DNA from: Blastocystis sp. Blastoise
Lineage: Eukaryota; Protista; Bigyra: Opalinata
Reading direction: 5' to 3'
NCBI GenBank assembly: GCA_039096225.1
Contig: JBBPEB010000021.1
Coordinates: forward strand, 806,001-870,000
DNA: 64,000 nucleotides
Shown in pieces: positions 1 to 16,920 of the stretch. Each line of letters opens with the position of its first letter. Positions within the stretch are counted from its first letter, which is position 1. The notes beneath the pieces are model-generated. The model saw only the letters and a list, made by a program, of their open reading frames with translations, made no database searches and had not been told where the DNA came from. The position numbers were made by a program, and so were the translations under genes.

Positions 1-2214
1 TACAATAGGATTATTTCTATTAAATATATATTGAGGAATAATCTTAAGTACACAAGGGAATATAGCTTTTTGTCTTGTACTTTCTTTTTTACTTTCTTGT
101 ATACCTTCAATATATTCAGTAAATTGATCAAATAAATGATAAATAATATCAGCAGTGAATATACGTATACCTTCATCTTGAGCATATTGAGCAGCATCAG
201 GAGTAATCTTGACATCAAATGCTAATATACAAGCATATCTATAGATATATATATATTATTATTATTTTGTTTATTATTATTAATGTTTATTTATTGTTCT
301 TATTTATAATGAATTGTTATTCAATATATAATAATAATATATAATAATAATATATAATAATAATATATAATAATATATAATATAATAATATATAATAATA
401 TATAATAATATATAATAATATATAATAATATATAATATATAATAATAATATATAATATAATAATATACTCAGGTTTCTTTTCTAGTTGAACAGAAGCTTG
501 TATAACATCTCTACGATGAAGTGGACCAATATTAAATCCAGCTACAGGAATTGGGGGTTTACAATTATTTAAGAATTCTAAAAGAGCTTCTAAAGAACCA
601 ATAGTAGATGCTTGTACATAGACACCTTCTTCATTTCTCTTTAATAAACGACGGAATTTATTTAAATCAGCCATAACAGCATCCTATATTCATATATTAA
701 TATTCATATATTAATATTTATATATTAATATAATTAAATCAATTAAATCAATTATATTTATATTAATATATATATATATATACCTTTAATTCTTCAAGAT
801 AATCCTCGGGAGTACATACAAATAAAGGACTACCTGCTACAGCATCTTCTAAACCATTAGCAGCAATCTTTATACCTAAAGCAGCCTTTATTTGATCATA
901 TTTCTTAAAGGAACACTATATATATAATTATTGTTATTAATATATTTATAATAATACATATAATAATAATTATTATTATTATATTTATAATACATGGATA
1001 ATAAATATAATAATTATAATAAATATAATAAATATAATAAATATAATAAATATAATAAATATAATAAATATAATAAATATAATAAACATAAATATACTTT
1101 AACTCTAGCATCTCTCATAGGTTCTGGTGTTAATAATGCTCGAATAGTAGTAACAATAGGTCCATTTAATCCACAAACGACTATAGTATCCCCTACATGT
1201 AATGTACCATTAATAAGAATAACATCTAAGGTTAAACCTAATCCTTCATCTACTTTCTTTTCTAATACAGTACATTGAATACTATCAACATAAGCTAATT
1301 TCTTAGCTAAATGATCTTGAGATAATTTTATTAATAATCCTAATAAATCAGGTAAACCTTCACCTGTATGAGCAGAAGTAGGTACTAAAGAAACAGTATT
1401 TTTAAAATCATCATTATTCCAATATAAAGATGCATTTAAACCACGTTGCATAAACTCAGTTATTACTTGCTTTGTACGATTCTCAAATTCTTCTTGGGTA
1501 TATTTAGGCTATAGAAAATATATTATTTATTATTATTATTATTATTATTTTCATTTTTATTAATATTATTATTAATATTATTACTATTATTATTATTACT
1601 ATTATTATTATTACTATTATTATATTTATTATTATTATATATATGTACTTGTTTAGCAAATGAATCTCTAAATGAATTATCTTTATGAACTTCCCAACCA
1701 TACATTCTATCAATCTATATATATATATATATATATATTATAATAATAAAAATAAGAATAAGAAGAATAAGAATAACATAATAATAAGTATATATACTTT
1801 ATTAAGAGCAACAATAAAAGGACATTTCTTTTCTAATAACATATTTAAGCTTTCAATAGTTTGGTTTTCAAGTCCGTGCATAATATCGACTACTAAAACA
1901 GCTATATCGCACATACTACTACCTCTACTTCTAAGATTACTAAAGGATTCATGTCCCGGGGTATCAATAACTAATAAACCAGGTACTTTATAAGGAACAT
2001 TAAGGTACTATATAATAATAAGTATAATAATATTAATAATAAATATAATAATAATAAGTATAATAATATTAATAATAAATATAATAATAAGAAATATAAT
2101 TATAATAATATGAATAACTCCATATATACCTTTTTATTTTTATCCGTACATTTCTTAAGGTTATCTCCAGGAAGGAAAGTAGCACCAATTTGTTGAGTAA
2201 TACCACCAGCTTCT

Positions 2215-2272
<58 letters not shown>

Positions 2273-3753
2273 GTAATTATAATCAGAAAAAAAACATAAA
2301 CATAATACTAATAATAATATATATATATATATATACCCGTTTGAACATTTGTTTTACGTATTTTATCTAATAAGGAAGTCTTACCTGTATCGACATGTCC
2401 CATAACAACGACAATAGGACTACGTAAATCATCCATATTACGATTCTCTTTTGCCTTATTCTCACGAGCATATATATATATATACATATATATATAACAC
2501 TATTTTCTTTTAAAGTCATAAAAATATATATAATGAAAATTTTATTTAAAAATAAATAAATAATATATATATACAATTCTCTTATCTCTGGCAATATCAA
2601 TTTTTTCTTCATCATCTAAATCACTATCATTTTCCCAATCAGAACTACTACTACTACTAGATTCTTCTTCTTCATCATCTTCTTCTTGATTCATAGCTTC
2701 TTCAGCAGCTAATACATCATCATCATCAATAGCATCCATCCAATCATCAAGAACTTCTTCTTCTTTATTCTTTTCTTCTTCTTCTAATCTTTTCTTTTCT
2801 TCTTCTCTCTTCTTCTTCTCTTCTTCTTCCTTCATCTTCTGTTCTTGTCTCTCCTTACGACGTTGCTCTTCAGCCTCTTTAGTCAAATCAGATTCTATAT
2901 AATAAATAATATAAATAATATATATAATATATATATATATAAATAATATTAATAATATAATAATCAATATATATATATATACCTTGAGTGGCAAGACCTC
3001 TTGCTTTCATCATTTCAATAGCAGCACGTGCTTCTTTTAACTTCTTCTTTTGTGTTTCAGTCAAATAAGTTCCTTCAGCTTTTTGTTTTTCTATCTTTTG
3101 CTATATATAATAATATAATAATAATAATATAATAATAATAATATAATAATAATATAATAATAATTTAAAAAAAAAATAAATAATATTTAATAAAAAAATT
3201 ATTTAAAAAAACATAAATATACTCTTTTTTTTTCTTTCTTTTCTAATTTCTTTTGAAGAATACGTTCTTCTTCTTCTCTACGAATACGTTCTTCTTCTTC
3301 TCTCTTTAATCTTTCTTCTTCTTCTTTCTTCTTACGTTCTTCTTCAGCTTTTTGAATAGCTTCTAAACGTGCTTTAGCAGCTAATGCAACAGCATTTAAC
3401 TTTGGTTCAGCTTTACCTTTACCTTTCTTTTGTTTGTTGTTATTATTATTCTTCTTATTAGCATCATTCTTAGATTCATCATCAACTTTCTTCTCATTTG
3501 TTTGAGCTTTTGGTTTATTCTCAGATTTTGCATCTGTATCAAGACCTAAAAATGCAGCAGCTTCATCAAAAATATCATCTTCTTTCTTAGCAGCAGCTTT
3601 CTGTTTCTTTCCTTTAGCAGTAGCAGGTTTCGATTCTTGAGCAGGAGTTTCTTTAGCATTCATAACTTCATTATATAAAGCATCTAAATCAAAATCATCA
3701 GCTCCACCATTTCCACCAGCATTCTTCTTTTTATTATTTTTTTTAGGAGCCAT
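1..3753 (-). CDS. EIF5B: Translation initiation factor eIF5B (multi-exon; 3' end runs off the window)
   Basis: Spliced translation: charged N-terminus [10 protein letters not shown]; [17 protein letters not shown] (G1), [72 protein letters not shown]. Confidence 0.97.
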
Positions 3754-4881
3754 TGTTTATAATGTATCTATAAAAGAAGATTTATTATAGTTATCTACTT
3801 CAAAAAGTAACAGAAAAATATATATGTATATAATATAGAATGATAGAACTTCATATACATGAAATAAAGTACATTAATTTTTTGTTGGAAAGAATTGCAA
3901 AAACTCTGGTTATGTTTTGATTCGTAGAGAAATCGTAAAATCATGATTATTTATTGATTTGTCATTTAATTTCATTCTTTTTCATAAATAAATTACCTTT
4001 ATTCTTTTATTACCTAAAAATTACAAAATCCGTTTTATTCAAGTATTAAACTCGGTTTCGTATCTATTCATTCATTCACTCTCATCGTCTTCTCTACTCT
4101 GAACTAATTTTTCATCGTGTTAATTTAGCAATCTCTATTTTTCAGTCAACATATCTGAAATTAACTTTTCTAAATATATGAATTATGTGCGATACTATTA
4201 TATGAGTAAGAAAACCATATTTTGATAATCAATTTATGAACATTTTTACTATATTAAAATAAATATGCTAATAATATATATTTATTTTAATGATATTTGT
4301 CATCCCACACATTCATTAAATCAGATCCATAATAATATATGGATGAATATCACAAATGAAACTGATCATGAAAACAAATATTGTTAAATATTATTTTCAT
4401 ATAGAGGGTCACGTTTGAATTACCTTGAATTTGAATTTCATATATGTTTCAATTGGTTTCTAGTCATAAATAGAAGAATGTCTACATTTAAAAAGTTGTG
4501 AATAGTTGTTCTTTTTCCAAATTAGTTATAAATTTAAATTACAGATGTTATTCTATAAATGATTTTAAAATTCGAGTACTATATAAAGGGGTTGTCATGA
4601 GATAAGAACAAAAGAAGAGATTAGCTAGTACAAGAATAAATAGTAAAACACAAATAAACCAAAAAAATGCCTCATCGGAATCTCTTCTACCTTTGTTTTC
4701 TCATCAATTTTTATATGAATAGAAGCTAAAATGAAAAGGAGAAAAGTTTTTTTTTATGATTCGGATGTGAATTTCTTTTTCTCTATTGTTTAGAAATCAA
4801 TTACATTTTTATATTTTTCTAATCCTTAACAACAGGTATATGAATCATTTGTAATCTATTTTAACGCTAAATGTTTACAGA

Positions 4882-6304
4882 ATGGTAAGTGATTTCACAA
4901 GATATTCTTGCATTCCTTGCATGCTTCTTTTCGGTACTGCTACCGTTACTCTTCAAAAGTTCATTTTCAATATGTCTTCTGAAGGTAGAGATGCTTTCGG
5001 TAATCCCGAAGTCCATACTTTCAACAAACCTTGGTTCCAAACTGAAGCTATGTTTGCTGGTATGTTCCTTTGTTTACTTGTTTTTGAAATTTCTCGTCTC
5101 CTTAACAAGTGTAAGCCCAAGAGTGATGTTAAAGAAACTTTAGTTGATGCTGAAGCTAATGCTGCTGCTGCTGCTGAAGCTAAGAATCATTGGATGGTAT
5201 ATTTTCTCTTATATTTATGATTAATATTATTGCTTTATAATAATAAAAGGCTAAACGTGTTTTTTTTTAATAAATAATATTGAATATTATTCATTTTAAT
5301 AATTTTTTTTTAAATTTAGAATTATGTTTACGTTGGTGCCCCTGCTATGTGTGATCTTTGTGCTACTTGTCTTATGAACATTGGTTTATTTTACATTTCT
5401 GCTTCCATCTGGCAAATGCTTCGTGGTTCTATGATTATTTTCTCTGCTATTGTTTCTATGATCTTCTTAAAGAAGAAGTTCCATGCTTACCAATGGACTG
5501 GTATTGCTACTGTTATTGTTGGTTTAATTATTGTTGGTGCTTCTTCTTTCATGGAAGTTCCTAAGCCTACTGTTACTCCTACCATTGCTCCTAATGCTAC
5601 TGCTTTATTCAGTTTAACTGCTGAACCTGAAGAACCTACTACTGGTAATGTTGTTATGGCTATTTGTCTCGTTGTTTTTGCTCAAGTTATTCAAGCTTCT
5701 CAAATTGTTATTGAAGAATATTTCTTAAGAAACTTAAAGAATGCTTCTTCTTCTCTTATTGTTGGTTTAGAAGGATTCTGGGGTGGGTATGTTATTATTA
5801 TTATTATTTTTTTTTTATATCAAATTTATATATTATTTATTTATTATTTCAAATTAATAACATATAATATCATATAGTCTCGTTGGTGCTCTTATTCTTG
5901 TTGGTATTTCTTTCACTTCTACTGAAAATGCCCTTGTAGCTAAAGTTTTCCATGAAGATACTATTGATACTTTCCTTATGATTGGTAACAGTAATCCTCT
6001 TTTAGTTCTTGTTATCTTCTATATTGCTTGTATTCTTGGTTATAATCTTTTTGGTATGATGGTTACTGAAACTTATTCTGCTGTTTATCGTACTATTATT
6101 GAAGCTCTTCGTACTGTTTGTATTTGGATCTGTAATATTATTATTTATTATGCTTATGCTGTTCCTACTCAACAATATCAATTTGGTGAACCCATCTGGT
6201 GGAATTCTCTTGTTGAATTATTCGGTTTTGCTTTCTGTATGACTGGTACATTCATCTACAACAAAGTCTTAAAGTTCAAGGCTTTTGAATATCCTGAAAA
6301 CTAA
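4882..6304 (+). CDS. SLC35F6: SLC35F6-like / DMT-superfamily nucleotide-sugar transporter (3 coding exons)
   Basis: FNKPWFQTEAMFAGMFLCL, PAMCDLCATCL, SIWQMLRGS, QIVIEEYFL, VGLEGFWG and SAVYRTIIEALRTVCIW match the family pattern; GT-AG introns keep frame. Confidence 0.85.
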
Positions 6305-6596
6305 ATAAATCCTTTTAATAAATAATATTTTACGTTGCTATTATAGTTATACTCTAGTTTTTAAACTTTTTTTAACTATAATTATTTCATATCCATAGTT
6401 TAACACAATTTATATTGTTTTGTTTTATAAAAATTGTGTTTAAAAATAAGAATATTTTTAATAAACAACAAAAAATATATATAATATCATTAGAAAACAA
6501 ATAAAAAAAAATATTATTATTCATGAGAAGTTATTTGAAACAAAAAAAAAACAGAATAATAAATAAAGTATATAATAATAATAATTCTACATATAT

Positions 6597-8719
<2,123 letters not shown>

Positions 8720-9294
8720 GAATTATCGCTCAATAAATAGTATCTGGAAATAAAAAATGGCGAATTGTTTTCTTCTTGCGTTTGTCATGAAATCTATTTT
8801 ATATCCATTTTTTAAAAATATATGGAAGAATAACATTATTTTATATAGCCGTTGAAATACTCAGTTCACTAATAAGTGAGCATTTCTTGAATAAGTGGAT
8901 TCAATTAGTATTGTATTTGTCATTTTATATTAATTTAAGCTATAAAGAAATCATTTAAAGATTGTTAATAATAATTGTTTGACAAATAACAGATTCATTT
9001 GTAATAATGAAAAATAATTATCTATATCCAAAATTAAAAGTATCATGATCCTATTGGAGATATCTTATTTTATTCAAAAAATCAATTTGTAATTAACGTA
9101 AAGATAAAAAATATTTTTTATGAAAATAAATCACATTTATTTATATTTTCTAACATAAGTACAGAAACAATTTTATGCACACAAAAAAAGCTTATCAATC
9201 CTTTATTTTTTTATTAATTTAAAAAAAAAATGAAAACAAAACACATAAATGATCAACATTTATATACTATAAATATTATTATTATTAAATAAAA

Positions 9295-12200
9295 TTATTC
9301 AAGAGTAACAGCAAATGTTTTAAATTCCATAGGTTGAATAACAATAACTGTTGATTTTCCTCCACGTATTTGAGAACGAATAGGAGAATTCTCCTTTGAA
9401 ATAGAATACTTTTCAGGTTCTGTTTCCCAACGCATACGTTCTTTTTCTACTTGTTCCTTATTAAACATACCCGTTAATATCTTTTCTTCATAATCAAGAA
9501 TCTTAAATCCTTTGAAAATAGTAGCTAAATCAATTTCTACAGGAATAGCTAACTTATTTTCATCCTTTTCATATATATGATGTAATCTTAATAAATAAGT
9601 TTTATCTTTTAATCCAACCAATTGGAAATTTAATAATTGAAGATTCTTTGGGAATTCTTTAGTTAAAGAAGAATATTCTAAAGAATTATTATTGATTGTA
9701 GAATCCTTATTAAGAGTACTATAGAAAGACATAGGAGGATGAGCAAAATATAAATCTAATTGTTTATATAATATAGAAGAATCTTGTTTTTTATTTATAA
9801 AGAACCATATTTTTTCTTTAACATGATCATTTTCAGTTAAAGGAGTACCAACACCATATCCATCATCACCTAATGTTCTTCTCTTTATCATTATTTCTAT
9901 TCTACCATTTTCTAAAGAAGATATACCATGAGCTCTATCTACTAATACAGTTAAACGGCTATCTTCTTTTTCATCTTCTATATATGCACGAGAAACTACA
10001 GGATAGAAATTACCAGCAATAGGTTGAGTAAATTCAGTATTAAAAACACGTTTTTGTTGTTCCATACCATTGGTATCAGCATATATAGTTTTTTCATTCT
10101 TAAGATTTGTATTTAATTGAAGAACAACTTCACGACCATCATCAACACCATTCATTTCTGTATTTACTTCAATAATATCTTCTTGAAGACCTTGTTTATA
10201 TAATCTATATACACTATAATATCCTTGTCTATATATTTGTTGAATTTCTTCTACTAAGGGTCCTTTAAGAACAGTAGTAGTAAGAGGAGTAGTTTCAGGA
10301 ACAACATAATCAGCAATAACATGAGATTCATAAGCATAATAAATAATAGTAAAATGAATATTTTCTTCTTCATTTTGATATGTTCTACAATTTACTTTAA
10401 ATCCTTTTTCAGTAACAGCAGAAGTAACAATAGACATAGCAGCATCAGTATAGACTTGAACAAGTACACGAGCATTATTCATAGATTCTGTAAAAGTAAC
10501 AGGTAATTTAACCCAACCATTCTTATCAGTAACTCCTTCAACAACTCCAAATAAATGTTTATCTTTGATATCTGTAAATGGATTGACAGTATCTAAGAAA
10601 GCAATATAAGTAAGAGTATTCTCACCAGACCAACGATTATCACCAAATATAGATATACGAACAGTAGCACCAGTATTAGTTATAGAAACTACACTACATG
10701 TTAAAGGAATATTAATATTACTAGTAATAGTAGTATATAAATGAACAGTAGAACCTTCAGGGAAAGGTTGTTTAAAAACAATATTAATATATTTCTTTTC
10801 TTCATTAGATTCACCAATATTAATAAATCCTTTTTCTATTCCTTCTTCTTCTTTCTTCATATCAATTCTAGCTAAAGCAGCACCTAATCCTTGCATCCAA
10901 TCATGAGGATTTGAACCATCAGTTCTTCTTGTATAAAATTTAATATTATCAGCTTCTCTATTCTTTAATATAGTAATAAATGAATCATCCCAAGAATCAG
11001 CACCAGCATTTGATATTAAATAAGCTGGATCTTCAACTTTAGTAGAAAATTCAGTTTGATAAGTACCTTCTTTATCTTTACTATTTGAGCCACCAATACC
11101 CATAGCACCAGATATAGCAGGAACAAAGATATAGGCACCTGAAGAACGAGGTTGATTTAATGCTGATTTATAATGATATAAATTTGTATTTAAAGGAATT
11201 GTTTCACCTTCAGAATTAGTCATTGATTTTATATAACCTAAATATAAGAAAATATAGAGTAGATTTATAATAAGAAATAGTTTTAGTATATGATATTTCA
11301 AAAATATATATATAATAGTATAGATACCATTTTCAGTATTTAACTTCATCTTGTTATTACTAATAAAAGTATCTTGAACAGGTTTAGTCACAATAGCATC
11401 TTTATTGACTTTAATATATACTGTAGTATATCCCATAGCAGGTATTTCTATAGGGAAATATACATAATAAGTACCATTACGACGATCATAAGAGAATTCT
11501 GGAATTTCATTAATTTGGACTTCAAATGGTTTTCCTTCTTTATCATATATACCTACATCACTACGAGGAGAAATTAATTGAATGACTTCTTTTCTATTCC
11601 AAGCAATACTATTTGATAATACTACAGCAATACGATTCTCTTCAGTTAATAAAGGGAAAACTTCAGTACTATTCTTATTAATATTCTCTAAAGTAGTATA
11701 TATATCTAAAACTTTAGAAACAGCTTTATTTGAGAAATAAGCTCCATCAATTAATTGAACGTTATAATCATCTGCAGAATGTTGAGTTTCAGTACCTATA
11801 GTTATATAGAGATAAATTATAGAGAATAGAACATTTATTGAAAGTTATTCTTTGTTTGATACTCAAAATAATAGTATTTTAATGATAATAATAATAAATA
11901 TATTAATAAATATTCATTAATCATAATATATAATAATAATATACCTGTAATAGCATCATGATGTTGTACTTCTCCTTGAGCTTTTCTTAATTTCATTATA
12001 TCTGAATATAATTCAGCAAAATTAAGTGATTTCTTTTCAGCTTTAGAAAGAGCTAAATACATTTCAGCATTTGATAATTCATTCATCTTTTCACTATAGA
12101 AATATATAGTTGATAATCAATTATAATATTAATATAATAATATTATATAATATAATTATTTAATTAAAAAATAATTAATAAATAATATATAAAATATAAT

Positions 12201-13893
12201 AAAATATAATAAATAAAAATAATAAAATATAATAAATAAAATATAATAAATAAATAATAAATAAAAAATAATAAATAAAACAAAAAAGCAATACATATAT
12301 ATACCGAACAAGTCCTTTCAGTCTATCTCTAGAAGTATAATAGCCAGTCCAGAAACCAGAAGAACAATCAGCGTGAGGGAAGAAATCACCTTTTTTAAGT
12401 GACCATTGTTTCTTATGTTGATTAACTACCTTAATATAATCGGATAAAACACCATAATGTAATTTAATATGATATTTATCTTGATTACTATTAATATAGT
12501 CCATAAAATGATCCATATTTTCATAAGGTACTTCAGCATTTACAAATGTAAAATCAGCACCCCAAGGAATAAGTAAATTATTACCATTATCAAACCAAGT
12601 AATACGTTCACGTACCATACGTGCAAAGTCTTCTCCTTGTTCTTCTAATTGACTTTTAAAGGTAGGTAAACTATTATCCCATTGTACCCATTTTTTATTA
12701 TCAGTGTCCATATAAGCTTCACCAATAGATCTCGAAAAGAAATCACATTCATTAGGAGCTATATAACTACTTTCTAAATAATGAGTAAATATATCACTTT
12801 CTTCACCAGAGGATTTAGATCCTCTCCAAATAAACTCTAAATTCTTTGTTTTCTTTCTATTTTCAACATCATCATAATGAATTCTCCAAAAAGTAAAAGT
12901 ATCAAAACCCATTTGTGAATATAATGAAGCTACTTGACTAGAATGACCAAAAGGATCTACATGCCAAGCAACTGTAGGACGTATACCAAATTCATCATAT
13001 ATAAATTTACTACCTAAAGTCATTTCATTGATTATATCCTCATAATGTGTAGTAGCTTCATCAGCCATTACCCAACCACCTAAATTTAACTCTAACTATA
13101 TATATATTTTATTATTTAATTATTATAATTATTATAATGTTTATTATTATACTTATTATTAATGTTAGCATTATTATGTTTATTATTATGTTTTTATTAT
13201 GTTTATTATTATGTTTATTATTATTATGTTTATTATTATTATGTTTATTATTATTATGTTTATTATTATTATGTTTATTATTATTATATACTTGACCATT
13301 ACGAACAAGTTCTCGAACATCGTTTCGAACATTTTCGTCTTTTTCATTCCACCATCTTTGAAAGAAAGCTTGTTCAACATAACTATAGATATATAAATTA
13401 TAGTATAATATATTATTATTAGCATAATACACTTTTATGAAAGCATAATATATATAATTATATAATTAAAATAATAATATAATATATTTTTATAATAATA
13501 AAAACATAATGAAACATATATATACGTAAATTTACGATCTTTATTCTTCTTAAGAGCAGAAATAGCTGTATCAAGAATTGAACGAACAGACTAACATTTT
13601 TTAATAAGATTTTATTCATCTAGAAATAGCAAATATACCTTAACGTAATATTCATCACCTGTAATAATCCAACCGGGATCATCGTGAGTATGAGCTATTA
13701 AATAGACATTTATGGTCTCATCATCATTAGCTATATCAGTAGCATTGAAATGACTTTGGGCAGCCTATATAAGAATATAAATAATGAAATAAATAATGAA
13801 ATAAAGTACATGTTCTAAATAAGCTCTTTTAACACTATGTTGAGAGAAACATAGTTGAATCAGTAACACAAAAAAAATAAAGTAAAACTTCAT
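9295..13893 (-). CDS. Secreted/lysosomal alpha-mannosidase (GH38, MAN2B-type) with an internal insertion
   Basis: Signal peptide MKFYFIFFVLLIQLCFS; AHTHDDPGW, GGWVMADEATTHY, AWHVDPFGHS, FWTGYYTSR, QHHDAITGT, SGAYIF, DTNGME, PIAGNFYP, LLRLHHIYE. Confidence 0.96.
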
Positions 13894-14497
13894 TTCCAAA
13901 TACAAAACAAAATATTTGTGAATAGAATATCCTATGAATAAAATAAAAATCTTTCAGAATCTCTTTTTAATTGTGATTTTCCCCTATATAGCGACGAATA
14001 GTGAGGTTTTGCCCAAAAAGAGAGTCAGAATTGTGAATTTCTAAATTCATTATTGAGATGTTGTTCTCAAATATACCAATGAAATGAAGATCATTTTGTG
14101 TTTCATAATCTGAACCTAATCTCATTTTCATCTCGTTTTTTTAGGATAATAGAAACCGAAGAGATCTTTGTCTATAACTTAGAAGCAATACGTTAGTGTT
14201 GTATTTATTAAAATAAGGGTTGAGCTGTTGTTAAAGTGTAATATGATTCAATGATGAACGAAAATGTGGTATTCGTCTTGTTTCTTGTTTTCAATTTTAT
14301 CACCTTTTTAATTAATTCTAGTGTTATTTTTAAATGCAAATAATATAAATATATCATGTAAACAAAACAAAATAAGTTTAAAAAACAAAGTTCCACTCTT
14401 TTTATTCGAAAACATATTAAAAGGAGTTTTAAAGTGTTTCAAAGTTGTACACGATAAATACGCTATGAGTAAATAAATTTTTTGTTATGAATAACAG

Positions 14498-15378
14498 TTA
14501 CACAATAGCTTTTCCAGCAACGTTACTATTTTCAATACCACATTCATTTTTTCCACGTAGAATTCTAAAGAATCCATTTTCACCCCATTCTTCATTCCAA
14601 CTATTAGCTATTGTCCAATAAGGAACGTCATTTTCAACACCCCATCCAATTAACTATTTAGAGAATACAATAAGAATTTATTGTTTATATTGCTTATTAT
14701 ATAAATATATATATATATATATATAATAATAATTTATTGTTTATATTTTTTATTATATAAATATATATATACATAATAATTTATTGTTTATATTTCTTAT
14801 ATTTAAATATTATTAGAAAAATTATATATATATATTATATATACTCTAACTGAATGTCCTCCTAAGCTTTTTCCTTCAATATGTTGATATATACCTTGTT
14901 TATAAAGAAGAAAATCTTCATAAACCGTAAAAGAGACTTCGTGAGGTCCATATAATAATATATCCTTTTGGATATCTTCTATAGTATATAGATTATAAGG
15001 AGCACGAAATCGATACAAATCTTGAGAATAAGGAATAGGATAAGTATCTTGGCATTTATAATTACATTTTGGAGGATTAGATATACTATGTATAGACATA
15101 TATAATTATTGATGAATATGAAGATGGAATAATATATAATAATTATATATATTCTATAATGTTTATTATTGTTATTTTTATAATGTATTTTATAAATTAA
15201 TATTATTACTATATATATATATACTCTCCACAGGGAGGATAAGTGCCATTCTTATTATGATTACATTTTGGATATATATATGCCTTACAACTGTTCATAT
15301 CACCATATCCTCCTCCTGTTACTATACCCGATGTCTATTTATATATATTTATTATTATCGTTATTATTAGCATTATTA

Positions 15379-15441
<63 letters not shown>

Positions 15442-16107
15442 TTATATATATACAGTCATATAAAGCCATGCTTGATAAGGAAAACCGCCGCTACATAATT
15501 GTCTATATATATATTATTATTATATAATCATCAATATATATAGTATAATAATGTATACAATTATAATAATGATATATAATCATCAATATATATATAACAA
15601 TATATATATATACCCACAGTCGTCACAACATTCAAGAAGATCTTCAGCAGATAATCGCTTCTGTATCTTACCCTTTGAAGCAATACATAATCTATATAAT
15701 ATGAAAATACATAATCTAGATAATAAATTAAAAATACATTAATATATATATATAATATATATCAATATATACCTATCTGTACCAGAATCAGCAGCTCCAA
15801 AAGCCCAGCAAGAACCACATGAAGATTGATCGCTGACTTCACCAACTGAGGGACACTCAGGCCATTCTTTTCTTGAATCAAATTCAGTAGGAATATCAAT
15901 ATTAGTTTCATTGTATGATATGCGCTTCAAATTCGATTTCCCATTTAAATAAGTACCAAGTAAAGGAATATAATGAGTAACATCAGTCGTATATTCTGCT
16001 TTCCAAGTACTTCTAGCGTTGTTTATTCTCATTGAGAGCTGCTCATAATTTATAGCTTGAGCACTAATCAATAGCACACTAAACAGAAAGATTGTTATTG
16101 CACTCAT
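14498..16107 (-). CDS. CTSB: Cathepsin B-like cysteine protease (C1A)
   Basis: Signal peptide; [26 protein letters not shown], occluding-loop region, [41 protein letters not shown]. Confidence 0.96.
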
Positions 16108-16727
16108 ATTAAATTCAACCAGAAATGAATAGAATAAAAAATGGAAATGATTGTGAACTTTGAAAACACAGTCTTTTCAAGGTATGATAAAGTTCTGTTT
16201 GGTAGGTTACTTTATTCAGTTTCTTTTTTTCATAGAAATATTATGATTAAAATGAAATATAAATTGATAAACATAGAGAATATTTAAGTCATATATTGGT
16301 TACTTCTTTAGACAAATTTTACTAGAAAATATGTAAAAGAAATGTTCATGGAATATAATTACTCACTATACTTGATGATCCGTTATATTTTTCTTTTATA
16401 AATATCTATTCTTTATATGTTTTAATAAAATGAACATCAGTATATCGACTCAACAATGATTTTCATATAATATCTGTTAACATATAGAACTCCTGTATGT
16501 CCTAAGTCATAGCATATATTTATTCATATTGTTTTTATTACTTATCTAACTATATATTGTAAAATAAATTGTCGTTGAATGCTTACATGTTCACGTAGTA
16601 AAAAACGAATATATTAGGATATCTTTATTTTGTTCAGAAATAGCAAAAACAATTTTTTCAGAAATTTACTATTATGATTAACTGTATTATACAAAAACTT
16701 TTATAAAAAAAATAATATTTTTATTTT

Positions 16728-16920
16728 CAGTGCCTTCCCGACTTTTTGTGACACTTGCGGTGACTTTTTTTGACAGTCACATAAAGTCACTTTAAGTCAG
16801 ACTTAATATGACTTAATATAATAATAAATATTTTTACACTGTCAAAAATTAACAAAAGTGTCACATTTTTCTGTGACAATTGCGGCACCGCAAAAAAAAA
16901 GGGCCTTTTGGAAGTCACTG
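16728..16920. mobile_element. 193 bp non-autonomous DNA transposon (MITE), hAT-type ends
   Basis: TIRs CAGTGCCTTCC ... GGAAGTCACTG (10/11 match); identical 8 bp flanks TTTATTTT at 16720-16727 and 16921-16928; many internal GTGAC/GTCAC motifs; more GC-rich than the flanks. Confidence 0.82.
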
